64,000 nt of DNA from Candidatus Woesearchaeota archaeon (lineage in GTDB: Archaea > Nanobdellota > Nanobdellia > Woesearchaeales > BM511), in the NCBI GenBank assembly GCA_002867475.1, contig PKTL01000043.1, forward strand, positions 16,192-80,191, read 5' to 3'. Positions 29,069-39,204 of this stretch are shown piece by piece. Below the pieces are notes generated by a model. The model did not search any database, was not told where the DNA came from, and was given only the letters and a program-made list of their open reading frames with translations. A program made the position numbers and the translations under genes. Position 1 is the first letter of the stretch. Each line of letters opens with the position of its first letter.

Positions 29069-29287
29069 ATGAAATTTTTTGCAATATTTATGTTAATACT
29101 TAGCTTTTTAGCTAGTTTTTTTGGACCAGTAGATTCACCAACAGGAGAGGTTATAGTTAATCCAGAACCTGCACCTATTGAAGCTGGAGAAATCTGTGAC
29201 CCAAATGACTCAAATCAAATTTGTGAAGAAGGATATGTTTGCAAAGCAAATGATTATCCAATAAAATACAACTGCTTATTAGAATAA
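29069..29287 (+). CDS. Small secreted cysteine-rich protein (~72 aa) sharing the C-terminal module
   Basis: GGAGG RBS 10 nt upstream of ATG 29069; signal/TM MKFFAIFMLILSFLASFFG; C-terminus EICDPNDSNQICEEGYVCKANDYPIKYNCLLE. Confidence 0.55.
   Translation: MKFFAIFMLILSFLASFFGPVDSPTGEVIVNPEPAPIEAGEICDPNDSNQICEEGYVCKANDYPIKYNCLLE
29231..29287 (+). repeat. 57-nt exact direct repeat (copy 2)
   Basis: Identical to 28981..29037. Confidence 0.9.
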
Positions 29288-29369
29288 TTACTTATCTAAT
29301 AAGTATTTTTTCTTTATTTTACTTATCATAATCGATATTTTTATATATTATTACTTATTTAATAAGTAT
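29288..29369 (+). promoter_or_regulatory. Three phased TTACTTAT-containing sites; two are full palindromes (TTACTTATCTAATAAGTAT, TTACTTATTTAATAAGTAT). Candidate operator
   Basis: Sites at 29288, 29319 and 29351, spaced 31-32 nt; the last ends 3 nt before the ATG of the HTH gene. Confidence 0.45.
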
Positions 29370-29371
29370 TT

Positions 29372-29668
29372 ATGACTGGTCAAGGAGATGATATTAGAGA
29401 TAAATTCAATTCTTTAGTTAGTAATCTCCAAAAATTAGGGTTTTCTTTTGATGAAATACTTTCCATGATGAGTTCTGATTTTGAATCTGATAAAACCCTT
29501 ATTCCCTTAGAAGTATTTCGAACCCGAGACCTTGGAGCGCTTGAAAGCTTAACTGTTTTTCTAAAAGAGAAAAAGGACATGAAATTCTCTGAAATAGGCA
29601 AAGCCTTGGAAAGAGATCAAAGAACTATCTGGACAACATACAATAAAGCAAAGAAGAAACTAGAATGA
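29372..29668 (+). CDS. Sigma-70 region 4-like / LuxR-type HTH DNA-binding protein
   Basis: IPLEVFRTRDLGALESLTVFLKEKKDMKFSEIGKALERDQRTIWTTYNKAKKKLE matches the sigma70_r4 pattern; ATGA overlap with the giant gene. Confidence 0.55.
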   Translation: MTGQGDDIRDKFNSLVSNLQKLGFSFDEILSMMSSDFESDKTLIPLEVFRTRDLGALESLTVFLKEKKDMKFSEIGKALERDQRTIWTTYNKAKKKLE

Positions 29669-32600
29669 GAACCAATAAAACCATAATCAAAATATTGATG
29701 ATTCTTCTAGTTAGTGTTATCTTTTCTCAAATAGGTTTGAGTTTTAATTTCAATTGCACTTCAGATAGTGTTCTAACAGAATTTAGTGGATCTGACACTG
29801 TGAATTGGATTATTGAAAATGATACTATATGTGAAAATGTATACATTGAACTTTCAAGAAATATTACAATAAGTACAAATGGAAGATTAGAATTTAGAAA
29901 TGTAACACTTGACATGAATGTTTTAGGAAATGATGGAAATATAGGAATAGAAGTTGAACCAAATAGCAATGGAATATTCATTTATGATTCAAGAATTCAA
30001 AGTATGACAGCTAATAATTATTTCTGGATTGTGAATCAAAGTTTTATAATGGATAGAACTAATGTAAGTAATTGTGGATATGCAATACCTAGCAATAACC
30101 CTGGAATAAATTTATTTTATGGAAATTCAAAAATTAATAATTCTAAAATAAATGAAGGTTTCATCAATTTATATATTAATTCAGAAAATAATACTATTGA
30201 GAATACACAAATATCAGATTCGAATTATTATCCAATCTTCTTTGCAACATCCAATAATAAAATAATAAATTCAAACATTACTAATGGAACAAGAGGTATT
30301 TATTTTGATTCTAATGTAAATAACATTACTATTAATAAAATAATTATAAAAGATATTTCTAGTTCCGCATATTATCTTGAATTCACTAATAATGACCAAA
30401 TATTAATTAATAATTCTATAATTAATATTACAAGTATAAATCATGGAATTTATGACTCGGCAAATACTTTAAAATTAACAATTATAAATTCGAAAATTGA
30501 TAATAATTTTGATAAAAAAAGTATCACAATAGATAACGAATTTTCAAATATTAAAATATATAATTCTACTATTGATAAAAATAAAATTACCATAACAGGA
30601 ACTCAAGCCAATATCACATTCAAGGAATATGTTAATTTTCATGTTAATGGATCTGATGGAGCTGATTATTTGAATGATGTTGTTGTGAAGTTATATGATA
30701 ATAGCACTAATTCATACGGACCAACAGCAAATTATACATTAACAACTGGAACACCCTATGATCCAGGTTACACTGCGATGCTTACAGTTATAGATATGAT
30801 AATGTATAATGGATATAACACCTCATACAGCCCATACAATGTTACATTCAACAAAACAGGTTATAAGTTCTATTGGAACAATAGTTATTTCTTCAACAAA
30901 TCAGAAACGCATTACGTAACCCTTGACCCAATAACACCTCTAACATGTGAGGGATTATTTTCTGATAATGGAAATGTTATAATCACTGAAGACTTAACTT
31001 GTGAAAACTTAACAATAATAGCACAAAACGTTACAGTCAACAACAGTGCAAGGTTGATATTGAAAAACACCACGCTAATAATAAATGAAACAGCCATAGG
31101 ACATCCATCAATAATCAATATAACAAATGAAGCAGCAGGTATTGAATTACAAAACAGTACGATAAAAGGTCTTAATGATAATGATTATGATTTTATATCT
31201 TATTCAAATACATTAATAAATCATAGTTTAATAAAAGATGTTGGCAGTTCAACAACTATAAATGGATTACATATATACACAAATAATGCGATTATCATAA
31301 ATTCTAGATTTGAAAATAATTATGAAGACCTAGTATTAAAAGGAGATAACTTTACATTAGAAAATCTTGAACTCATAAACTCATACAATAACGGAATAAG
31401 AATTGGAGCTGATTCATTTAATCCTTTAACAAATAGTAAATTCAAAAATATAAGTATAAATAGTTCAGGAAAAGGAATAATAATACAGGATAATTCAAAT
31501 AATCATTATTTTGAAAAATTATTTATAACAAATGATGAAATTGACACAGGAGAGGTATTAATATCCTTAAACAAAGCATATAATTTAACTTTTAATGATT
31601 CAATTTTTAACATATCACAATCTACTGGAAGCAGTGCATTTTCTATTGATTTTAATTCTGCTAATTTTACATTAATAAATTCAAAAATCTATAATCTTGG
31701 AGAAAGTGCAACCGAAATAAAACTCATTGGAAATTCATTTATTAATATAATAAACTCTTCTTTTGATAGATCAAAGATAGAATATGTTTCTTTCACAGGG
31801 AATATCTCTTTCTATGAATATATTAAATTTAAGATATATAATGACAGTGTCTATACAGAGGCGTTATTTGATGTTAACCTAACCTTGAAAGACAACATAT
31901 CCAAAAATGAAAAATATAATCTTACAACTGATGAAAGTGGTTACACAAACACCATTTTAGTTCTTGATGGAGTTGGAAACAGCTCATATGATGGAGTGCA
32001 TTATAATTATGCATACAGCCCTTATAATATAACCTTTGAAAAGGAAGGTTACATTACTAAAAACTTAACTTTCTACCTTAATGAATCAACAACTTTTGAA
32101 GCTAACATATCAATGATAGCTGAACCATCTTCAGATTACATTTTAGTGGAACTGATCAATCCTATAACTATAAGTGAGAACAAGACACCTACAGTTACGT
32201 TCAAGGTTAATGGGAGCATGACAGGATACTTTAATTGCTCATTAAGAACAAATATCACAGGTCATGATTATGAATATAATGAAAGTGTGGTAAATAATAC
32301 TCCTACAAGCCTAACCTTTGCTACTGACTTACCTACAGGATCCCATAAGTATTGGGTTAACTGCTCAAATAATGAGATAAATAATGTTTCAAATAACATA
32401 ACATTATTGATTGTTGAAGAGAACCCTTCAATAAACTTGTTAAGCCCAAAAAATAATAACGTAACAACAAATACTAGCCAAATATTCACTTTTAATTTCA
32501 CAGATACTTATTCAAGTACGGCAAACTGTTCGCTTATAATAAACGGATCCATATACAGGTATAACAGCACTGTTTTGAACAACACACCAACAGATATAAA

Positions 32601-35600
32601 CCAGGAATTAAGTATTGGAAACTATAACTGGACTATTAACTGTACAGACATATATGGTAATATTGGAAGCGATGATGGAAGAAACCTGACAATAGAAGCG
32701 TTAGATCAAACAGGACCAACACCGATAACCTATTCACCAACAACTGGCACAAGTAGAGAATATGATAAATACAGGCAAGATTATTTCAATGTTACATGGA
32801 CAGATATTAGTGGAATAGAAAATGTAAGAATCTATAATAATTTTTCAAATGGAATATGGAATAATTATGAAGTTTCTAACATCAGCAACTCATATTATTA
32901 TAATACCACTAATATCAAACCAGGAAGATATGCTTGGTATATGAATGCAAGTGATACAGAAGGAAACTCGAACTGGACAGGATACATAGATTATATAATA
33001 ACAAAAAGCACAAACGATCAATTGATATTAACAATAAATGGAACAGAATCAAGCACCCCATTTTTGCAAAGAAAAACTTCTCTTTGGATAAATGGTTCAA
33101 GCAATAACCAAGACATAGGATTGACACTTTTTGTAGATTATGAAAATTTGAGCTATGGAATAAATGTCAGCAACTTTTATTTTTTCAATGAATCAGGATT
33201 GAAGATTGTTAATTTAACAATGGATGCAAATGATAGATTTGAAATAACGAATAAAGTTCTTACAGTCCAAGTTAATGACACTATCCCTCCAGCAAAGATA
33301 AATAATCTTCAAGCAACCCACATAACTTATGATATGATAAACTGGACATGGACACTTCCATCAGGAGAGGATGATATCAATAAGGCTGAAGTTTGGATAG
33401 ATGGAGAGCTAGTTGAAAACATAACGAACCCTTATGGACAAACCTATTTCGATTACTCAACCACTCAAAACACACTTGTTAATATTAGTGTTAGACTAGT
33501 GGATGATTATAATAATACTGGCGAAGAATTTAATACGTCTAATAGGACATTAAGGATAAATTATGCTCCAACAACATACTTAGAAAAACCAGATAACAAC
33601 ACCCAGATAAATAATAGTTTGAGTGTTACTTTCAATTTCACAGCATATGATGAGCTTCCCATCTATTTAAATTGCTCATTAAAAGTTATGGATAATATAG
33701 ATAGTAATATAACAATCTTTAACTTATCAGCCTATAGCGGAACACCTAGAATCTATACAAATAGTTCAATATTTTCATATAATCATTCATACTCTTGGTC
33801 TGTGAACTGTACAGATGGTGAATATTATAATATCTCAGACACATATTATTTCAACATAGCAGACACTTTACCTCCTGCAAAGATAAATAATCTTACTAAC
33901 TTAACTGGAGACAGTTGGATATATATCACTTGGTACAATCCTTCTACTGATTTCAATCACACAGAAGTTTGGTTTAATGATTCATATTATGACACTTTTA
34001 ATGACACATATCAAACCTTAAACATTACAGGATTGGATGACAATACAATTTATAATTTTAACATCACAGCGTATGACATATATAATAATGGTAACACAAC
34101 ATTGTTTAATATAACTACTGAAGTTGGGGATTATTCTGCCCCCTATATCAACTATCCTCAAATGCCTGAAAGTGGAACAATAACAAATAATGAAAGCGTG
34201 ATTTTCAATATCACTGCAAGTGATGATTCAGGAGGAACAATATCCTGTAATCTTACAATATATAATTCATCATCAACCATGATTGAATCCCAAACATTGA
34301 ACATATTAAGCGGCACATATGGATCAACAACTGTAAATCTTCCTGATGGAGAATATCATTGGAATTTTACCTGTGTTGATTATGATAGCAATCAAGCAAA
34401 TAGCACAACCTACCTATTGACTGTTGATACAACTCCACCATTTTATAGCGACCTATGGAATAATACTGATGGAGGATCAACATTTAATGAATCATATGAT
34501 TATCTTTTCAAGATCAGATGGAATGATACGATTACAGAAATTACAAATGTTTGGTTCGAAAACAACTTAACAAATAATCCTCTAGTAAATAGCACACCTT
34601 CACAAAATGGAAACTTATACACATATTCACCATCTACACCTCTTAAGCCAGGAACATATGCATATAAATGGTATGCAAGAGACAATGCAAATAATTTCAA
34701 TAATACAGAACTATTCACATTCACAATCAATAAAGCTGAACCAGCCTTAATGCTAAAATTAGATGGATCAGAACAGAACATCACTTATCTTGAAAGAAAG
34801 GATAACGTGACAGTTTATGCAATGATCACTAAGCCTAGCACAGAAACAATAACTGTGACATTACAGAACAGCTCAGGAACTTTTAGCATAGATCAATATA
34901 CAACCTTGCAATTTAATGAAGTAGGAATCTCAAACATCACTGCATCTTTTGAAGGAAACGAAAATTACACATCAAAAAACATAACGTATTATGTGAATGT
35001 TTCTGATAATGTAGGGCCTGAAGATGTGGTTATAGATCAAACAGTTATTACTACTTCTTATTTTTTCATACAATGGAATGATTCAACATCTGATGATTTC
35101 AATCATACAGAAGTATTGATAGATAATATTAATTATGACCATGGAGCTGATACTTTTATTAACCTTAATACTCCATCAGAGACAGAATATGAAGTGCTTA
35201 TAAGACATTTTGATATATATGGAAATAATGGTTCATGGACAAATATCACAATAACTACATTATCAAACATTCCAAGTATAGAATTATTATATCCAACAGA
35301 TTATTTGCTCATAAGCAACATGAAATCTGTTAATCTAACATTCAATGTCACAGATGAATCAGATTATGTTAATTGCACAGCTTATATTTATGGAAGAACT
35401 AATACATCCTTCTCAAAAACATATAACAATCTCTACACACAGGTTGGAACCCCTTATACTTTCAATACAGGAGAAATATTAGAATATAACAATACCTATA
35501 ATTGGTCAGTAAATTGTAGCGATCCTTACAATTACAGTGTTTCAAACACCCAAGCTTTTGGTATTATAGATACAAATCCTCCAATAATATCAAACATCAA

Positions 35601-38600
35601 CATCTATAACATAACAGATTCCAGCGCGATAATCAATTGGACAACAAACGAACCTTCAAACTATAGCATTGAACTAAAAGACATTCCAAGAATAGACTTT
35701 TCAACACTTGATACAACTCATGCTAGACTGATAGAAGGATTATCACCTTCAACATATTATGATATCAACATAACAGCATGTGACCTATATAATAATTGCA
35801 TAAAAGATGATTCAAAAAATCTGACAACAACCAATTTCGTATATGATATTTCAGTATCTTTGATCAACCCAATAGCTGATGCTTGGATACCCTATAACAA
35901 CAACATAACTTTTAATTTTTCAGTGAATGGAAATGTTGAGATAATGAGCTGTAACCTATCTATTGATGATAACAGAAGCGAATACTTCAACAAGATAAAT
36001 ACAACAATAGAAAATTATAGTACAACCTTCTACAATCTAGAATTTAAATACCATAATTGGAGCGTTACCTGCAATCATTCTGATAATGTATGGAGCGATA
36101 TTAGATATTTCAACCTAACAAACGATTACGATAACGACACTTATAATATTGGAACAGGAACAAATGAAGACTGTGATGATACAAACCCAAATATACACCC
36201 AGGAGTTGCAGATAACACAGATGATAATATAGATAACGATTGTGATGGAGACATTGATGAAGATTATAGTCCACCAAGTTCTAGTGGAGGAGGAAGCGTA
36301 AGTTTGCCTCCTGAAGAAGAAATTATTGAAGAAGAACCAAAAAATGAAACCGTTGAAGAAATAATAAATGAAACAATTGAGATAACTGAAGAGATTCCAG
36401 GAATAATAAATGAGACAAATGAGACTTCTGTTTGGGATTTCATAAATGAAAGCATAAATTTGTTCAATGAAACAGATATACCTGAAGAGATAAATGAAAC
36501 TGTTGAAGAAATCAAAAATGAAACAATTGAAGAAATCATAAATGAAACAATAGTAATAGAAAATGATGATAACTCAACAGATACTGATGATGAGTTGGTT
36601 GAGAAAAATGAATCGATATTTGAACTTCCTTCAAAACTTGATCTTGAAACTCCAAAAAAGGAAGCTGAAACACCTGATGAGAAAAAGGAGAAATCCACTA
36701 GTTCAGGAATAACTGGAATAACTGATAGGATAGGTGTAAAAAAGGAATATTACCATAAAGAAAATAATACTGTCATAAATTTCACGATAAAAAATAAAGG
36801 TATAGTGCCTTACAAAAAACTTGGCATTTTCATAAATATACCAAAATTCATAGCTGAAAGCACTGATAAGATGATAGGTAATTTCTATATAATCAGAAAA
36901 GATCCACAGATAGCTTATGTTTTCACAAATTTTAGCGGAAAAACATCAAAGACTATAGAGTTTCAAATAAAAGACAGACTTCTTAGTGATGAAGAGATTG
37001 AAAAGATCACATACTATACTAATTCAGAGATATCAAAGGAATATGTAGATTCCTTGAAAAAGAAAGCAAACGAGACGTACGATGCTATTAAGATTAAAAA
37101 AGAGATAATCCAATATGATGATAAGACAGAGTTCACAATAGAGCTTGAACCTATAAACGAGACAGAGAACGTCACATTATATTTGGATATTCCTAAATGC
37201 TTAGCTGAAAAGATCGAAGAGATAGAATTCGAACTAGAAGATTATGAGATCCTTGATGATGACCCTTTAATAGCATTTAATTTTGCAACCCTAACTGACA
37301 CTAAAACCTTGAATTTTGAAGTGTTAAAAGCAATCGACCCAGATTGCTGGGAGCTAGTAAAAACCACACCGATCGCTGAAAAGATAAAAGATAAGATAAT
37401 TGTAAAAGATGAGAAAAGCATGTTCTTCTCTATTGGCATCCTTCTTTTTGTACTCTTATCTACACTATCATTCAACTATTTGCAAATGCAAAGCAAGAAA
37501 AAGCATGGTAAAGGAATATTAGAAAAACTTGAATTTGGAATGGTCGAAATAATCTTAATACTAATAATAACTCTTAACATAATGGATTTCTTCAAGCTTC
37601 TAAATCCGGATCTTGATTTTGCAAAAAAGATTCTTTCATGGTCTCTTCTTGGAATACTTCTATATGAAGCAAGGCTTGAAAAAATATTTTATGGCACTGA
37701 AAGAAGATTTGAAACCTTACTTTTAATTATCGCTAATTTCTTCATGTTCTCAAGAGTGTTTGTTGATGTAGTCTTTGTATTATATAATGAGATTGTTGAG
37801 AAAAGGCTTGATTCATATGTTATTCACCTATATCAATTCGTGATTGACTTTGAACTTTCCCACCCTGGATTAATTGTAAGCATCGGAAGCATCATAGGAT
37901 TTAGTATGTTAATAATCCTTTCCTTCCTTGATGTTTTCAAAAATGTGAAGAAACCGAGCCTGCTTGAAGTACTGCATGTTGATGGAAAACCGAAAGGAAT
38001 AGGACAAGGTATCAAGAGATTCCTTATAAGTATGATGCTTTACTTGACATTTTTCATAGTGTTCTTCAATTTCTTCATGGAATGGCTTGCTATAAGTGTT
38101 GATGCTGCATTGATGGTTGTTGCAATAGTAGTATATGGAATAAGGTTTATAGTTAAGCAATATCATCATTACCATGAGGATCATATAATAAACAAGATAG
38201 GTAATATAGGTGAAGAATTTTATGAACAGTTCATAAATCTTTTCAAGTACAAGCACACAGTTTTCTTTGGCCTTGCTGGAATACTTGTACTTCACTTAAT
38301 AGTTGATATTGGAAATTTCATAATGCCTTTCATATTCAATTTTGAAGACATGATGTATTTCATACAAAGCGGAGTACCACACTTAAGCCTTCTTCATATA
38401 CTGATGAATCTTTATAGCCAAGATATATTAGCAAACATTGTCATAACCCTAAATTATTTGCTAAATATAAGTTTCATAATAATGATTTTGATATTCCCAG
38501 CATACATCTGGTATGACACATATAAGAATCATATAATAAATTTTAGAAGGTGGATCGTCGCATTTTTTTACATCGCAGTATCTAACTATCTAATCTCCCC

Positions 38601-39204
38601 TCTAGTGAAACTATCAAGCATAAGCAATGCTGACATATTAGGTGTTGATCTAATATTCAAGTCAAGCGTTACAGGCGATCCTTTGATGACACTACTAATA
38701 AGCATAGGTGTTGGAATAGTTGCATTTATCCTATCTTATAATCTTATATTGAAAACAGTGATAAAACTCATTGGATTTATTCCCGTATTAATATTTATAA
38801 TGATATATGTCACTTATTATGTGAATAGTTGGATAAGCAATCTTTTCCCACAGATTGTTGCTGCTGTTGCTAGTGCTACTTTGATCAATCTTTTCCTAGG
38901 AATACTTATGAGCTTCTTCATGACTGCGATAGTCATATTCTACATAGGTTCATTCATATATTTCATAAAACTCATATACACTCAATGGTTCGTGAAAAAA
39001 TATGCTTTTGCACACCTTGCAAAAAAATACAAGGATGTTATAAAAGAGCACTGCAAGACAGATCAAGATAAGCAAGTGATCTATAAAGCGATAAAATACA
39101 TTGAGTATATGAGGAAAAGAGAAGTGTCTGACCTTGAGATTGAAGAAACTTTAGCAAATAAAGGTATGAAAGAAGAAGTGATAAAGGACATCATATACCT
39201 ATAA
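29665..39204 (+). CDS. Giant (3179 aa) membrane-anchored surface protein: signal peptide, parallel beta-helix (PbH1) repeats, FN3-like domains, Cys-rich D/C motif, acidic NET repeats, C-terminal polytopic membrane domain
   Basis: Uninterrupted 9.5 kb ORF. N-terminus MRTNKTIIKILMILLVSVIFSQIGLSF. NxxIxNN-type beta-helix repeats (NSKINNSKINEGFINLYINSENNTIENTQISDS ... NGIRIGADS ... GKGIIIQDNSNN). Numerous N-x-S/T sequons. FN3-like PPAKINNL ... WTWTLP segments. DCDDTNPNIHPGVADNTDDNIDNDCDGDIDED at nt 36169-36267. EEIINETIE repeats. About 12 or more TM helices from nt ~37420. Confidence 0.85.
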   Translation: MRTNKTIIKILMILLVSVIFSQIGLSFNFNCTSDSVLTEFSGSDTVNWIIENDTICENVYIELSRNITISTNGRLEFRNVTLDMNVLGNDGNIGIEVEPNSNGIFIYDSRIQSMTANNYFWIVNQSFIMDRTNVSNCGYAIPSNNPGINLFYGNSKINNSKINEGFINLYINSENNTIENTQISDSNYYPIFFATSNNKIINSNITNGTRGIYFDSNVNNITINKIIIKDISSSAYYLEFTNNDQILINNSIINITSINHGIYDSANTLKLTIINSKIDNNFDKKSITIDNEFSNIKIYNSTIDKNKITITGTQANITFKEYVNFHVNGSDGADYLNDVVVKLYDNSTNSYGPTANYTLTTGTPYDPGYTAMLTVIDMIMYNGYNTSYSPYNVTFNKTGYKFYWNNSYFFNKSETHYVTLDPITPLTCEGLFSDNGNVIITEDLTCENLTIIAQNVTVNNSARLILKNTTLIINETAIGHPSIINITNEAAGIELQNSTIKGLNDNDYDFISYSNTLINHSLIKDVGSSTTINGLHIYTNNAIIINSRFENNYEDLVLKGDNFTLENLELINSYNNGIRIGADSFNPLTNSKFKNISINSSGKGIIIQDNSNNHYFEKLFITNDEIDTGEVLISLNKAYNLTFNDSIFNISQSTGSSAFSIDFNSANFTLINSKIYNLGESATEIKLIGNSFINIINSSFDRSKIEYVSFTGNISFYEYIKFKIYNDSVYTEALFDVNLTLKDNISKNEKYNLTTDESGYTNTILVLDGVGNSSYDGVHYNYAYSPYNITFEKEGYITKNLTFYLNESTTFEANISMIAEPSSDYILVELINPITISENKTPTVTFKVNGSMTGYFNCSLRTNITGHDYEYNESVVNNTPTSLTFATDLPTGSHKYWVNCSNNEINNVSNNITLLIVEENPSINLLSPKNNNVTTNTSQIFTFNFTDTYSSTANCSLIINGSIYRYNSTVLNNTPTDINQELSIGNYNWTINCTDIYGNIGSDDGRNLTIEALDQTGPTPITYSPTTGTSREYDKYRQDYFNVTWTDISGIENVRIYNNFSNGIWNNYEVSNISNSYYYNTTNIKPGRYAWYMNASDTEGNSNWTGYIDYIITKSTNDQLILTINGTESSTPFLQRKTSLWINGSSNNQDIGLTLFVDYENLSYGINVSNFYFFNESGLKIVNLTMDANDRFEITNKVLTVQVNDTIPPAKINNLQATHITYDMINWTWTLPSGEDDINKAEVWIDGELVENITNPYGQTYFDYSTTQNTLVNISVRLVDDYNNTGEEFNTSNRTLRINYAPTTYLEKPDNNTQINNSLSVTFNFTAYDELPIYLNCSLKVMDNIDSNITIFNLSAYSGTPRIYTNSSIFSYNHSYSWSVNCTDGEYYNISDTYYFNIADTLPPAKINNLTNLTGDSWIYITWYNPSTDFNHTEVWFNDSYYDTFNDTYQTLNITGLDDNTIYNFNITAYDIYNNGNTTLFNITTEVGDYSAPYINYPQMPESGTITNNESVIFNITASDDSGGTISCNLTIYNSSSTMIESQTLNILSGTYGSTTVNLPDGEYHWNFTCVDYDSNQANSTTYLLTVDTTPPFYSDLWNNTDGGSTFNESYDYLFKIRWNDTITEITNVWFENNLTNNPLVNSTPSQNGNLYTYSPSTPLKPGTYAYKWYARDNANNFNNTELFTFTINKAEPALMLKLDGSEQNITYLERKDNVTVYAMITKPSTETITVTLQNSSGTFSIDQYTTLQFNEVGISNITASFEGNENYTSKNITYYVNVSDNVGPEDVVIDQTVITTSYFFIQWNDSTSDDFNHTEVLIDNINYDHGADTFINLNTPSETEYEVLIRHFDIYGNNGSWTNITITTLSNIPSIELLYPTDYLLISNMKSVNLTFNVTDESDYVNCTAYIYGRTNTSFSKTYNNLYTQVGTPYTFNTGEILEYNNTYNWSVNCSDPYNYSVSNTQAFGIIDTNPPIISNINIYNITDSSAIINWTTNEPSNYSIELKDIPRIDFSTLDTTHARLIEGLSPSTYYDINITACDLYNNCIKDDSKNLTTTNFVYDISVSLINPIADAWIPYNNNITFNFSVNGNVEIMSCNLSIDDNRSEYFNKINTTIENYSTTFYNLEFKYHNWSVTCNHSDNVWSDIRYFNLTNDYDNDTYNIGTGTNEDCDDTNPNIHPGVADNTDDNIDNDCDGDIDEDYSPPSSSGGGSVSLPPEEEIIEEEPKNETVEEIINETIEITEEIPGIINETNETSVWDFINESINLFNETDIPEEINETVEEIKNETIEEIINETIVIENDDNSTDTDDELVEKNESIFELPSKLDLETPKKEAETPDEKKEKSTSSGITGITDRIGVKKEYYHKENNTVINFTIKNKGIVPYKKLGIFINIPKFIAESTDKMIGNFYIIRKDPQIAYVFTNFSGKTSKTIEFQIKDRLLSDEEIEKITYYTNSEISKEYVDSLKKKANETYDAIKIKKEIIQYDDKTEFTIELEPINETENVTLYLDIPKCLAEKIEEIEFELEDYEILDDDPLIAFNFATLTDTKTLNFEVLKAIDPDCWELVKTTPIAEKIKDKIIVKDEKSMFFSIGILLFVLLSTLSFNYLQMQSKKKHGKGILEKLEFGMVEIILILIITLNIMDFFKLLNPDLDFAKKILSWSLLGILLYEARLEKIFYGTERRFETLLLIIANFFMFSRVFVDVVFVLYNEIVEKRLDSYVIHLYQFVIDFELSHPGLIVSIGSIIGFSMLIILSFLDVFKNVKKPSLLEVLHVDGKPKGIGQGIKRFLISMMLYLTFFIVFFNFFMEWLAISVDAALMVVAIVVYGIRFIVKQYHHYHEDHIINKIGNIGEEFYEQFINLFKYKHTVFFGLAGILVLHLIVDIGNFIMPFIFNFEDMMYFIQSGVPHLSLLHILMNLYSQDILANIVITLNYLLNISFIIMILIFPAYIWYDTYKNHIINFRRWIVAFFYIAVSNYLISPLVKLSSISNADILGVDLIFKSSVTGDPLMTLLISIGVGIVAFILSYNLILKTVIKLIGFIPVLIFIMIYVTYYVNSWISNLFPQIVAAVASATLINLFLGILMSFFMTAIVIFYIGSFIYFIKLIYTQWFVKKYAFAHLAKKYKDVIKEHCKTDQDKQVIYKAIKYIEYMRKREVSDLEIEETLANKGMKEEVIKDIIYL

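Noticed and set aside
36300-36650. Short nucleotide repeats (gaagaaat(c/a)ataaatgaaacaat...) that might suggest a CRISPR-like array
   Set aside because: They are in-frame codon repeats (EEIINETIE) within the giant protein's acidic linker, not spacer-interrupted direct repeats. No CRISPR array was found anywhere in the window.
36264-36698. 144-aa minus-strand ORF and other antisense ORFs inside the giant gene (29727..29981, 30912..31118, 32268..32501, 32915..33127, 34500..34784, 37242..37475)
   Set aside because: All lie antisense within a continuous 9.5 kb ORF that has coherent domain content. Low-complexity repeats give spurious open frames.
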